Shown here: positions 11,989 to 26,048 of the stretch, piece by piece
How the letters are laid out: the number at the start of each line of letters is the position of its first letter
Position numbering within the stretch: position 1 is the first letter of the stretch
Source of the DNA: Narcine bancroftii
Taxonomy: Eukaryota
Reading direction: 5' to 3'
DNA: 64,000 nucleotides
NCBI RefSeq assembly: GCF_036971445.1
Contig: NC_091475.1
Location: 4,340,001-4,404,000, forward strand
The notes under the pieces: generated by a model
Seen by the model: the letters and a program-made list of their open reading frames with translations, nothing else
Databases searched by the model: none
What the model was told of the DNA's origin: nothing
Position numbers and translations under genes: made by a program

Positions 11989-13770
11989 AAAGGACGTTGA
12001 TCTAAAACATGAGGTTGCCCTCCCTGTCCGCAGCAGCTGCCTAACCGAGATAAGTATTTCCAGAACTTTCCGCATTTATTCTTTGATAAAATTGGCTCTT
12101 CTTCATGAAACCTAATACTTCATTTCCACTAGCTTCAATCATCTGGCCAAGTGGAGATTTACTAAAGGAACCTGCGGCAAGACTCCATCGTTAGTCTGAA
12201 ATCCAAAGCAGGATAAAAGTTGACATGACGTGTGCTCCAGACTTCACTGGTCTACTGGACAGGTTTTCCTGATAATAACATTAGTTGGTAATCATGAAGA
12301 AAATGGTCTAAATATACCCCAGTCCAGACAACATCCCAATGCCCCTCCTCCATACTCTAACAAAGCCTTTACAATCTCTCTGTTGGGTGGCGGCCAAAAC
12401 TGCACCAAATGTGGCCTGACCACAGTTTCATACAGTGCAAAGTGACCTCCCAACTTTTCTACATATCGCACAAGTAGTTGTTCCCCACAGCCCCCGGACA
12501 ATGCCAGGTGTGTGGATGAAGAATGGTCACAGCACAATCAGTGCATGAACTGTCACCCCTGTGAGAGGGCAACTTCGAGGCCAGTTAAAATAAATTCCTG
12601 AGTGCGCAAGTAACCAAGATTGCAGGTAAGAGCATGTTTCAAGAATCAAGGGATTTAAAAATCATGGCAGATGGAATAGTTGAGTCATGGATAATAGAAA
12701 ATTGATGCAACACTCAAACACCAATAATTAATGCAGCATGGCAGTCACTCAACGATCTCAGAAACTTTCTATTTGACCTTTCCGAAGAGTTACGTGAGAA
12801 GTACTCAGTGTGATGTGGTCAGCATTGGTTGGATAGACACAACAAAACATCAGCATGAATTATGGTGACCTTTTCATTTATGCATGAGTCTTACTGAATA
12901 TTTCTGAGACTTATCAGAAACAAATTCAGTGTTATTAAAGGGCTGCCTATTTGAAGCTGTTGTACCATCATTTACCAAAAAGGTCAAACAACCTTGTGCA
13001 AAATGAACAGATGGAACGACAACCACTTACTAATCACATCTTAAATTTTACAGTTCATCTCAGATTTAAAAAACAGGAACTTTTGTTTTATTTTCCTGCG
13101 TATAGTCAACAATAAAACCATTCAAAGTGTGCAAAATATTTCCCATCAGAGACCAACCACGATGAAAAGGAAGTTTATTTGCCCTAAAGGTGAGGTGATA
13201 AGGCAGCTTTGTACCTATGCTGGGGCTGAGTGAAAATGAGCTCCTTTTCTATCCTCCTTTGTTGTGGTTATAATGTAATTCCTGTCAGCACTGAAAGGAA
13301 ATGTAGATGTTTCTGAATAAGTTTGTGACTGACCTCAATACCAACATTCAACAAAACAAAAGCAATCCTTTCTCACTGGGCGCTGCGTCCCATCACCAAG
13401 CCAATTTTGGATTCAGTCTAGCAAAGCACCTTGCATCCCACATGATCCCAAATTTCTGAACCGGCCCATCATGCGGCGGGGGGTGGGGGGGCCTTGACAG
13501 AAGTCCATATCTACTGCATCTACCACCTGTCTCAAAAAGCGAACTCAGATTTGTGTGCCACGATTTCCTTGCACACGGCCATGCTGGCTTCCCCGAATCA
13601 GTCCCTGCCTTTCTATAGGATCAGAAGTCCCATTTGTAAGATTTTGTTTCTAATAATTTCCTTCTCTCTTTTGATACTGACATGAAGTACTCGTTCAGGT
13701 CACCATACATAGCTCTTGGCTCCGCACAACTTCCTTTTGGTTTCAGAATGGACGGACTCTTTTCTTAGCT

Positions 13771-13890
13771 CAGTGGTTCTCAACCTTTCTTTCCCACTCA
13801 CATACCACCTTATATAGTGCTTTACGACTACAGGTAAGCCAATAGGATGCCATTGATGCTCCGTGGTTGGTAAGGAATTACTTAAGATGG
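13771..13890. mobile_element. hAT MITE arm, partial copy
   Basis: CAGTGGTTCTCAACCTTTCTTTCCCACTCACATACCACC, same family as 4792 and 44076. Confidence 0.7.
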
Positions 13891-15222
13891 CACCTCTATG
13901 AGGTCAAAGATCCTCAGATGATTTACTGGAAGCATTTATCAAACTAAGCTGCATAATGAGAAAGTAGAAACATTTAACCAAATACTTTATAAAAGATATA
14001 GAGAGAGTTTGGATGAAGAGAAAACGGAGATAAAATTTAGGAAGGAAATTCCTGAGCTTAGGGCACGTGAGCTAGAAGTTAGTGACAGATTATACAGGAG
14101 TATAACCCTGAGGAATGGTTTTGAGGAGCAGGCAATAATGCGCTGACTATATTGCAGTGTGAGTTAAACATACCCTATGTTCCTCACCAATTGACAAAGT
14201 CTTTCATACACCTAAATGACTCTGAAGTGCATCTCAGGGATTGTGTGTTCATTCAGCACTGAAGAAATATCTGCTGTTTTGGGCATTTTCTAGGTTGGGC
14301 CTGAACATCTTTCACTTACCATTCCCACATCAGAAGGAACGGCTGCAAGTTAACTGTAGCTGTTTTCTGCTCGCCATGTTTTGCAGCTATCTGATTTAGC
14401 CTCAGTACCTGTTGCGTTACTGCATACTGAATAATAAGTGACAAAAGATTTTTTTTTAAATTCCCATCCCATTCAAGTGCCAGTTCAGAACTATTCTGCT
14501 GTTCTTTACATTTGTAGAGTTAAGTCAACTTCTGATCAATTCAAAAAGTGCCTTTTTTTAACTGGTAACCATTTGAATTAATTGCAGATAAACCACCAAC
14601 ATCTTAAAAATACTTGTATTTATAAATCATGAATATGCAAGTGAATTAAATGCCTGGCATTTGAACAGGATTAATAAAAGGTTTTGAAACAAATACACAG
14701 GTTTTTGTATATAAACAACCTGACGAAGATAGATTTATTACTAATACTACATTTTGATCATTATTTGTGCCTTCCTTTGAAATAAACTACTGATTGGGTT
14801 TATGGGACCAAGTCTCAAATTTACCTTGGATATGAGAGATAAATGCTCTCTCTAGAACTGTAAAAATTCAGTAACTCAGAACATGTTTCATAAGTAAAAA
14901 AACCAGCTCAAATTTATCATCAATTGTCCAATGGTGTGCATTAAAAAGGAAATAACGTAGCTTAAAACTTTGACCCTTGAGGTTATTTTAAATTTAAATT
15001 TTATATTTTAAATTTTGACATACAGCCCCATTTTGGCTCACGAGACGGTGCCTGCCCAATTTAAACCCTACTTTTTGAACAGTGGGAGGAAACTGGACTC
15101 CCCGGACAAAACCCACACAGACACGGGGAGAACATTCAAACTCCTTACTTCCAAAATCGAACATTACAACAATGATTCTGTAATAAAGGATTGGGCACCT
15201 GTATTATCCTTTTAATGTATTA

Positions 15223-15273
15223 TTACCCCCTCCATAAATCTTCGTCCGCGAAGCCAAGCCAAAGAAAAGAAAG
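15223..15273 (+). mobile_element. ~50 bp 3' terminus of the same RTE family as 704-1930
   Basis: TTACCCCCTCCATAAATCTTCGTCCGCGAAGCCAAGCCAAAGAAA matches the reverse complement of the RTE end at ~705-749. Confidence 0.9.
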
Positions 15274-15944
15274 ACATGACAATAAAAGGAACCTTTGAAT
15301 ATCTCACCCATCTGGAAAATGACTAACCTTTGTCAGAAAGCCAAGCTTCTATCTGTGTTTCTTCTGTCCTGTGGCCTTTAATCTCAATGACAAAGCAATT
15401 AAGTAGCAATATTAAATACCATTTGCAATTCCATCTACGTTTCAACTGCATCATAAGCCCAAATCCCATCAAAAACTCTCAAATACAAATTGTAAATCCG
15501 TGGTTTCCTAATCTTAACTTCCGAATGCCTTATTGTCCCAAGTCACCGATGAGACTGTAATTGGCACAATTAGGAAGTTTGCAGATGACACCAACATTGT
15601 GATATGTGGAGAGTGAAGGAAGGTAAATAGGATTTCATCAGGACTTAACTAGGAGAATGAGCCAAGAGATCAAAGATGGAATTTAACTCTGATAAGTGTA
15701 GAATGTTTTAATTTGATAAATTAAACCAGGGCAGAATTTACATAGTAAATAACAGGGCCACATGGAGTGTTGTTGGACAAAGACCAAGGGTGATGTGGGT
15801 AGTTGAGGTGGTGAAGGCAAGCATGCCAAATACTTTCAGGGCATTGGATTCAGGAGTAGGGACATCAATTTACAATGATAGAAGCTGTGGGTGAACCTGC
15901 CCTTGTGTGGATTTCTGGTCACCTAGCTACAGGACGCATGTCAT

Positions 15945-17005
15945 TTATCAGAATCAGGATTTATCGTCATAAACAAGTCATGATATTCGTTGTTTTGCAG
16001 CAGCGTCCTAGAGCGAATATTCATATAAACCACGTTTACAACAATAAAAAAAAACCTAAATAGTGCATGAAAAGTAAGGCTGGTCTTTGGTTCATTGATT
16101 ATTCAGGAATCTGATGGCAGCGGGGAAGAAGCTGTCCTTGTGCCACTGAGTGCTCATCTTTAGGCTCCCCTGATGGTAGCAGAGTGAAGAGGGCATGGCC
16201 TGGGTGGTGGGGGTCTTTAAGGACACTTTATTAAGACACCACCTCTTGTAGATGACCTTGACGGTGTGAAGTCTGGTGCCTGTGATGTCAGAGGCAAGTT
16301 AACAACTCTCTGGAGTTTTTTTCTTGTCCTGAGAGTTGGCACCTCCGTACTGGACAGTGATGTAACCAGCCAGAATGCTCTCCACTACACCTGTAGAATT
16401 TTTTGAGTCTTTGGTGACATACCAAATCTCAGACTCCTCACAAAGTATAGCCGCTGGCAAGCCTTCTTTGTAATCGCGTCAACATGGAGGCTCCAGGATA
16501 AATCCTCAAAGATGTCAACACCCAAGAATTTGAAGTTCTTGACCCTCTCTGAGCCCTCGACGAGGACTGGGTCGTATTCCCCTGACTTCCTCCTTAAGTC
16601 CACAACCATCTCGTGGTTTTGCTAACATTGTGCGCAAGGTTGTTGTCATTACACCAGTCAACGAGCTGATCCCTCTCCCTCCTGGACGCTTCCTCATTGC
16701 CACTGCTGCCGACAATTGTGGTGTCATCTGCAAATGTGTATAGCATTGGAATTGTGCCTGGGTACAATTCATGGGTATATACGGTAATGAGTAGAGTAGT
16801 GGGCTGAGCACATGCTTGTGTTGATGATCAGTGAAGAGGAGACGTTGTTTCCAATTTGTACTGACTGTGGTCTTCTGATGAGGAAGACAAGGATCCAGTT
16901 GCAGAACGGAGGAGGTACAGAGGCCTGAGTTTGTAGCTTCTTGACCAGCACCGAGTGAATAATGGTATTGAAGGCTGGAAAAGGTGCAGAAAAGAATGTA
17001 ATCAT
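15945..17005 (-). mobile_element. Rex1/Babar-type LINE fragment nested in an old CR1 (CR1 pieces ~15570-15940 and ~17010-17520, + strand)
   Basis: AFNTII, NWILVFLIRRPQSV, VVDLRR, FKFLGV.I.EDLSW..H...KKA.QRLYF. Confidence 0.78.
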
Positions 17006-18122
17006 GACTAGAAGGCTTGAGGTACAAGGAGAAACTGGATAGGCTGGGGTTATTTTCTCATTCCTTGAAGAAGGTCTCTGTTCTGAAACATTGGTAATAT
17101 ATCTTTACCACCAGTGGACGCTGTGAGACTGGCCGAGTCTCCTCCAGCATTTCTGTGTTTTTACTACAATCACAGCGTCTGCTGACTTGCAAGCTTCACT
17201 TTTCTCAAGCTGAGGAAGCTGGGGAGTGAACTAAAAGTATATAAATTTATGAGGGTGAACGGTCTGTTTTATTTTAACCAGTGTAGGGGAGTCTAAAACT
17301 AAAGGTAAAAGATACAAAAGTGAACCAGGGCCCAAAGTGTTCCAGAAGGCAGTAGGTGTGTGGGACGACCTGCCAGCAGAAATGGTAGGGACAGGTCCAA
17401 TGCAATACTTAAAGGACATTAAACAGATTGGAAAGGTTTGAGGGATATCGGCCAAATATAGGGAAATGGGATTAGCTCTTGTAGCTGGCATGGATGAGTC
17501 AAGCCATGGGTCTGCTTTCACACTCTAACTCTTCCAATCATTTCTGCATCAATGAAGTATCAGACTAGACTGCAGTTCTGGGTTTATCTTCCTTCGTACC
17601 TTTTTTGAACAATGATCCAATGTTTGCAGTTTGAAGCCTGGCCCCATCAACACATATTTGGAAGGATTTGGCCAATAACTTTGCATTTTCACTGTTATTT
17701 CTCTTGGAGACGTTGAATGCTTTCCATCTGGATCAGGTGTTTTTATCCACTGTAAGAAATGGCCAGTCTTTATAGTACCTCACCATCATCAGACTTTAGT
17801 CCAATTAATCACTCCTCCATTCTTTAAAAATTCTCATCTGAGAGGATTTGCATTCATGCTTGTGTGTCATGACGCCAAGTTTTAAAACAAGGAGTTCAAC
17901 AATTTAATACAGTTCTTCTAACTAAATGATAACACAGATATCAATATATTTAAAACGTTTATACATCTGCAATCAATTAGCTTAAGGTAAACCAAAGCAT
18001 ATTCATTTAGTTAGTTTATTGCAAAACTAATTTAATAGTTTCAACTAGCTTTCGCTTGACTGGTTGGCTACGACTACATTTAAAAATAATCTCACTCAAT
18101 TGCACGATACTGTACAATATGC

Positions 18123-18128
18123 TTTATT
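18123..18128 (-). terminator. Candidate distal polyadenylation signal of BBX
   Basis: tttatt on + = AATAAA on -, near the boundary of the TE-free region; other AATAAA hexamers exist upstream (e.g. ~24185). Confidence 0.45.
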
Positions 18129-19928
18129 GCCTGCTAGGAAATAACGAGAGAATAACACTGCAGCAGCATACAGCATTATAACATAGGGAAAAGGAAAACT
18201 GTGTTTCAATCACAAAACTAAACAGACAGGCAATAAACAGTACGCAATATAAAATGATCTGTCAAATTATGCAACTTTTATATAATTAGTGGCTTTAAAC
18301 TCTTAATTATCAGTAGTAAAATTTCTGAATTCAATTTCTACAGAGCATATTAGTAAGAAATATATAAGGGATTCTGCTGAAAGCAATAGAAAGGAGCTAT
18401 ATACACAGGCACCTTCTGTAACAAGAACTGATTCTCGTGTAATAGGGATATCCGAACATCACCCAGAATTTTGCTTCACGATTTTGAAATTATATGTCAC
18501 TGAAATTGCTCTTCTAGGAACATCAAAATAATAACCTTTAACAGTTTCCCAGTTACTGCAGGTGTATTTAACCAAACAGCTTACAACCACCATTCCCTGC
18601 CAAATGTAGCAGACATTTAGTCATACCATTAACCCTTCCAATTCATGCTATGAACTGTAAAACTCCATTGAACACAGTGCAGCTAAATGCTACGTTATCT
18701 ACTTTGTTGCCTGCAACAAGAGTAAAAAAAAAGGCAAATATTTCGGTACAGTAAGGATCACCATGAACTGCTCTGCGCATTTCTAATGGTGCACAAAGTC
18801 TACAAGTAATTTTAAATACCACTGTTTTACAAACCACAATGAGCCATTTTCATTATGGTTCTCTATTTGGATCACAAGATTACAGAGCTTTGAGGCATCA
18901 ATATTTTGACCTGCTATGAATCTTGGTGCTTCACAGTTGGTGGCAGGATTCTTTGCCATTGAACGTCCTCACCTTTGGGAGTCTGCTGACAAATGCAACA
19001 AAATCCAAAGACACCTCTTGAGGAAGTTTATATAGGACAAACAAGTCACTGAGCAAAAAGTGGTCAGCCTCAGATTGTGACCTCTGGGTCTGCATGGATC
19101 ATTTTATTAAGGGAAATGTAATATTTTCACTAACTTGAATGTTTTTGTGAAGGAAGTGATGTTGTAAAGTGCCTGATCTATGAATTTGATCAGTCCCTTC
19201 CTGAGTTTTCAAACTGTTGATAGATTATTTGCCAACAAAGGTCTGCCGTAACGGCACTATTGGTATTAATGATTAATAATGACACACCTGAAACCGTAAA
19301 CTTACATTTTTAAACATCAAGGGCCCACACAAACTGAAGGGAAGAAATAGTAATTATGATGAGTCTTTCTTAAAAAGTTATGGCCTTTTCCTAATGTAGC
19401 ATTCATAGTAAATTCATTGGCTCGTTCAGGGAAAGCGGCCCACCTTTGCAAGGTTATAAGGAATTGGATTCCTTCCAGCTCTTGGGAGACAAGAGTGGAA
19501 CTTCACACTCAGTCAAAAGAAAGTCTTCCAAACATTTCCATGCACTTCTAAGGATTTGGGTCAATGGCATTTAATTAGGAAAAATCCCTAAAAACTTTTT
19601 TTTAAATTGCACTCTTTAAGCAAGGCCTTCAATGTAGACTTTAATTGGAATCAAAATTACTATGTGAACAATAAACAACAGTAGAATGGATATTAATCAA
19701 AATTTTAAAGTTGAAACAACATTGTTAAAAGACAATAAACAATCAAACTAAATGATTGTTTTTTAGGCTCCATAATTAGTTTATTTAATTGCTGGTGAAC
19801 ATTACATTACAATGGACATACTGTATTCTGTTATTCAACTGGTGATGTGAATGTGTCAATTTTGTGTGCACGGTCTGCTTTTAATTCAAAGTTCTTCATT
19901 TCCAATTCATATTAATTTGATGAAGCAT

Positions 19929-19931
<3 letters not shown>

Positions 19932-19975
<44 letters not shown>
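19932..19975. repeat. (AT)n microsatellite
   Basis: Direct observation. Confidence 0.95.
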
Positions 19976-20030
19976 TTATATTTTTTTTGGTTATTTACCC
20001 TATTTTAAGTGCAAAAATCTATTGACAATT

Positions 20031-20185
20031 NNNNNNNNNNNNNNNNNNNNNNNNNNNNNNNNNNNNNNNNNNNNNNNNNNNNNNNNNNNNNNNNNNNNNN
20101 NNNNNNNNNNNNNNNNNNNNNNNNNNNNNNNNNNNNNNNNNNNNNNNNNNNNNNNNNNNNNNNNNNNNNNNNNNNNNNNNNNNNN
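20031..20185. other. Assembly gap (155 N)
   Basis: Run of N. Confidence 1.
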
Positions 20186-21366
20186 GTCTTAAAATATTTC
20201 AACCAAAGACGTACGAATATAGTTCACATATTTACAGAAATTAATGCTGGTCAAAGCTAGTCAACACAATTCAGACTGTGTTCTATAAGTATTATATATC
20301 TATTTTTTATTCTAATGGGAATAAAATTCCTTTTAATACTTCTTGTGAATCAGAAAACATCCCTGTATTTTTGGTATTAAAATTAAAATCAACTGTACAT
20401 AATTACATCATTCTACTCCCTTCCAAAAAATTAAATATTTCTGTCTACTTGTTGTGCTAGCATATACCACTGAAATCATTTCAGTTGGCCAAAAAAATTG
20501 TATTTCTAAATGATTAAATTGCATCATAAAATTTGGTCATACTCTGCCTCTTTTTCTAGGCCACATTCCATGCTTTTAATGGTAGGTAGACAATGTCTTA
20601 TCACTGTACATCTTCTATTTCATAATTTGGGGGTTCTACTGGTCCCGTTACTATGGCCAAAGCTTCAACCTGTGACCAATGACATGAGATAAGACAGATG
20701 AGTTGGTGCACACAAGTGGGTCAGTAGACTTCATTTTCCTTTCAAATCTATATTTTCCAAATTCAAGCCTTTTCTAACTCCAGCTTCAAACAATGTGTAA
20801 CAATGTGCAGTTATAAAGGAGAGATATTAAAAAGTTTAAATTTTGTCAAGCTGAATTTGTTTCAGTTCCAATTCAAGAAAAACCCAAGCATTTTTCAAGC
20901 CAAATAAACGTATTCTAGGCATTTTATGTAGGTTAAAATATGCCTTACTATATAAGGTTTAAAAAAAAAGCTCATCTCTTAAAGTTCTAACATAATTTAA
21001 AATAAACATCTACTATAAAAATGTGCATGTTAAATCTGAATTAAGAAATTCCATCGAGAAAGCATATTTTCATACCACAATAAAATGTAGATTAACATCA
21101 TAGGTTCTCTTGTCTGACTGAACTAGTCATTTGTGGCCATTTCCGTTCTAATTCAGAATACGATTCAACAATAAACCTAACAGCTCTCACCTTAATAATT
21201 AATTATTTCTATAACACAGCTCTGAGAATCTGAGGACACCAACTTGGACTTCCATAAATCTAACTGGGCTAACTGTTCACAAATCAGAATTGGTCATTTT
21301 TCTCATCCGATGTTGTTGTGCCTTTAAGACTGCTTAGTTGCTTTCTGCCTTTTCTACAGGAGGATG

Positions 21367-21369
<3 letters not shown>

Positions 21370-21405
<36 letters not shown>

Positions 21406-21407
21406 AT
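21370..21407. repeat. (AT)n microsatellite
   Basis: Direct observation. Confidence 0.95.
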
Positions 21408-24400
21408 AAAATACTATTCTTATAACGGTTTCATCCATTGCATTCACAATGGGAAAAGTGACTGATTATTGCATTTCTTAATACCGAAAGCTATTTAGAA
21501 TAATTACTATAAATTATGCATGTGATGCTTCGTAAATAAAACAATTAAATCAAGGATTAGAGAACTTCTCTGCATGTATCTGTAACTGTCTGGACTATTT
21601 GCACATAGATTCATGGACATTCTCAGGTTTGCTGAAACTAACAGTGTAATAGATTGCAGATTTAAGGGTCATTTATATTATTTTGGTTACACACAAGCAA
21701 CTTCAATCGGTGGTACAATTTAGAACGATTAACCTAATTATCATTGCAACTCATTTAAATAGGAATGTAATAATAGGATTTTTTTTCTGGTACAAGTCAT
21801 TTCGGAATTGATTTGACATTATATCCCTCAATGATTCAGCATCTTTTAAAACAAAATCAAAATCAAATTTGGTAATATGTTATCCTACCGTATAAATGTT
21901 TGAGGAAATTTTCAAATAGTTAGATCCAATTTCAAAACTTCAATAAACCAAAAGCATTGAAAAGTTATTTCCTTTGATGATGGTAATTAATGTGTTTATG
22001 AAGGTTAACCACCTGCTGTTAAATTTCCACAGTGGGAATTCAGACTTTTCCTCCCACATAATCATGTTTATCTGTTTAGACAGAGTTTCCATCAAACTTC
22101 TTCTAAGGTTATGGCATTGGAGCAGGAGCCAGGGAAATTTCTGACACAGACCCAAGGCTCATGTGGTACGTCCATTCAATTATGCACAAGGGGAAAACTA
22201 AAGGGTGCTAATGTTTTGTAAAAGGAAAGTAAACATTGAGCCGCAATTGAAACCCAGTAATATCCATCCTACTGTCCACTGCTGCACAGCAGGGGCAAGA
22301 CAGTAAATTCATTCTGTGCTAACTTCTGTTATTCTCGCCACTTCCTACATAATAACTATTGCAGTGAAAACAAAAGCAGTAATTACACAGATAGAATTGA
22401 TCAAATCTCTGATGACTGGTTTGCTTATCCATGAACATTAAAGCACTCTTTGTAAGCAAATGGGCACACTCCTAGAAATAGGCACCAGGACAGCTGATAG
22501 GCATTCCATTGCCGCTTGTCAGAACTCACACATCTCTACGTTGGTGATCAAATTTTGCAGTCTTTTCACATGCTAAAAAAGTGATATCAAGTGCAATAAG
22601 CTATACTTCAAAATAGTCACACTCTCTTGCTATAATTCAAACAAAGGAGTTTTTCATCAAACTCCATATCCCACCTATCATGGAAACATTACTGAACAGT
22701 AACACAATCAAAATAAATGCAAAAATACAATGAATTGTATTCTACTTGGTCAGGCATAAAAAGTAGACATTTTTTATCATATACTCAAACTTTTGTGAAA
22801 AAGCATTGTAACATTTAAATACAGTTACTTTTGTGTACTTCATTTTTAAATATCAGCTAGACTTTGGGCAAAAGCTGGTTTCTATAACAAGGAAAATACA
22901 TTATTTCTAATGACAAGCGAAGGATGACAACTTCACAAAACTTTTAACAAGATGTTATTTACAGCTAGAGTGAAAAAGATAAACAAAATTTTGTATAAAG
23001 CAGTGTATGATTGTAAAAAGGATCATGTTACCAGGATGAACTGTTTCAGCTACTTTGAGCCTACGCAGCATCAGTTACTAGAGATCATTAATGTTGAACA
23101 AATTAAATTCAGGGGAAAGGATATTTGTTTCACGTATTCATATATTACTTTGTTGTGAAAAGTGCATCCATTTTCTATGTCAGCATTGAAGACCAAAGCT
23201 CCGAATAAAGTGGTGAAGCCACAGATTTCTAAAATTGCATATGCCAATTTGGGTACTCCAACCAAATCAACAATTCAGATTCATTCACCTTAACATGTAG
23301 GAGTCTGTTCCAAAGGCCACCCCCTAGGGTTTGTGTCTTTCCAGCCAAATCTCCACTTTGGCAAAGTACCTGATGCATTAACTTTCTGAATAACATTTGG
23401 ATAGCCAGAGTGCATCAGTTCTGTATGTCTGGGCAATGTTTCATTGACCCTGCCTATTGTATTCAAATTTGAAAGATGAATAATAAACCAACAATGCATT
23501 AAAGACCTGTGGTAAGCTGCATGTCTTCAATAACACAGTCGCACAGTGAAGTCTACCTATCCCTCACCTGAGGTCACACATGTTGATCAGTGGAGGTGTC
23601 TGTTCTTTTCCCACTGTGGACAATTTCATTCACTTCAAATTCCTGCACTTGCACTTTTAATTTGATTCTGGGATTGGCACAGCAATGATTTTCCTGACGC
23701 ATCCCCATGCCCTCTCCTTCCTAATCATTCATTGTGCAAATACTGATATACTACTTCACTGCAGAGCTTCTAGAAGCGAGCAGATTTCTGGCCTCATCCA
23801 TATACTAGTGCTTCTGGTAGCACATGTTGCTGTAAAAAGATAATGTTCATCTCTCAGGTACAAGACCTTAGTAGTTTTATTTGACCTTCATTTACTATCA
23901 GATGATAAAGATAAATGGAGAACGGTCAGTGAGATCAACGTTCAACACAGGAATTCAAAGAAAAGCAGGGTCACAATGGCTTGTATCATTTCATCAGAAT
24001 GGAAAGCTCTTTGAAAACATCAATGTTCTAATTCCTGAGAACGACCAGCATTTGATTTGCCACCATCGTTCTTGGGGGCAAGCACCATAAATCTTCAAAC
24101 ACAAAGCCAACTTAAGTTCATTTACTGAATATGGAAAACCATAATAATCTGAAAGTCCAGATTTATTTTCAGTCTATAATAGGCTTTATTAAAGGGAAGG
24201 CCAAATGTACTGAATCTTATTGTAGAACATTGACAAAAAGGCTCTTCTTTAGTCTTTCACCCCAAGTCCACCAATTTCAATTTGCTGGCCATTGGTCTAC
24301 ACTATTGTAGACAAAGTTTAGCATGGCAAATGAAACTTGCGAGATCACTTTGCCAGTTAACGTTGTATTAAGATTAATATTTCCATGAAATTAATATTTC

Positions 24401-25960
24401 CATAAAATTAGCCTCATAAGAATCTGAGGAACTTTAAGATTGAATCAGATTTAAACCAAAGTGTTTGGTCAATCAGTATGAATTCTTTGGACTGTATGAC
24501 TCATTCTAACTTTGCAATTTCAAGGTACTTTAATAGCATTTTGTTACAAACTGCAATCACAAGCTTCTAAAGTAATAAAGCATTTCTGCTGTGATCCACA
24601 TGCATTATTCCTTTCTGCGCTGCTTACTAACATTTAATATTTCCTGTGTTTGCTGAAAATGGACGACCTGGCACCCTCACTTTTTAGTCTTGTTACTATA
24701 TGGATGTTGAACAAACAACAGTAAAATGCAGCTCGTAATTACAGCTGTATTAGTCCGATTTTAATGAACGGCGCAAAAACGTGTTGTGTGTGTATATAGA
24801 GAGTATTTTACCACCCATAAAATTCGTACAACTACTGAGAAATTATTTTTTTTATCGTCCCTCGTTGTTTTCCATTCTGGTAACATGATCTTCAACCAAT
24901 ACAGGAACAAAAATAATCTGCATTTAAACTTAGTATAAAACATCAGTAATTCTAGCTGTTGGTCTGACAGAAGATGTTGATTTATTTGTGCTGATATACT
25001 TCTGCAACCTGAAATAAAACCTGAATATCTTTTCAGTAATTTGCTGAATTAGTAACCCTACAACCATCATAATAATCATTCACTGTAAAAAAAACATAGC
25101 AGTGCAACAGTTGGGACCTAAAAAGCTGACAGAATTTATGCCATTATTAGTGCCCTAATTGCTTAAAAAAATAAGCAAATTATTTTACATATCTTAACAG
25201 TATTTAGGAAAACAGTCATGTCCAGTAAACTGGCCCATTGCAGGGTCAGTGAGGTTTAGCTAGAGGATACAAGAACAACAGGTATGAAGTCATTAAGGAA
25301 AAACACTCAAGCAAAAACAGTGTAAAAAAAAAGTACCGTCTGTTCACAGGCAGATTCACTATTAAACTCAACTACAAGTTAAGAGATAGTTTCAACTAAA
25401 TAATGATGCTGTTGAAATAAAATTTCTTAATGTGATGAGCAAAATGTAAAGTATTTTTAATAATATATTTTCTTCCCACCATCATCTCAGTGATCAGGCT
25501 GAAGTTCATGATTACAGTTTTTGTAAAACTTAAATCATAATGTGCTTTTTTTTTAAAAAAAGAAAAAATAAAACGATGATATCTAGTCACTAGGAACAGT
25601 GTATCAGTGTTACTTGGGGAAAGCTAAATGTTGCAGCGAATTGGACTAGCTCACACTCTAATCGCATAGCGTCCAACTGCAAGAATCGCCAGAGATTTCA
25701 TGGCCTTTTGTTCTGTGTAACAGCAATTTTTATAGAACCGAGTCGTCTTCAGATTGGGTGCAAAGGCTGAGGAAACTGGAATAGCCCCATTCATATACAA
25801 ATGGTGCTCAGATTCTAAGCCCGATGCTCAGCCTGTGCCTCCCAGCTGTTGTGTCCAGCCATGGAAAGGCGAGACTCCCACCATGCAGTCAACATCAGGC
25901 CATACACACTGACTCATCTCCTGTGTTGCAGATTTTGTTGGGATCCAGATCAATCGTTGA

Positions 25961-26048
25961 TTATTGGTCTGCACAGGAGATGAGCACTGGGGTTTGTGCT
26001 ATTTCCTTGGGCTGTCCATCATGGTTCAGCGAAACTGCACGCTGACCT
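25961..26048 (-). CDS. BBX: BBX last coding exon, with stop
   Basis: GQRAVSLNHDGQPKEIAQTPVLISCADQ* (TAA at 25963-25961), the conserved BBX C-terminus; acceptor catctgcag. Confidence 0.96.

Larger units (their letters stand above)
18100..25960 (-). other. BBX: Probable long BBX 3' UTR
   Basis: AT-rich stretch directly after the stop with no recognisable TE; ends near an AATAAA at 18123-18128 (minus strand), beyond which TEs resume. The 3' end is inferred. Confidence 0.6.

Noticed and set aside
20005-20260. ORFs spanning the N run
   Set aside because: Artefacts of the assembly gap.
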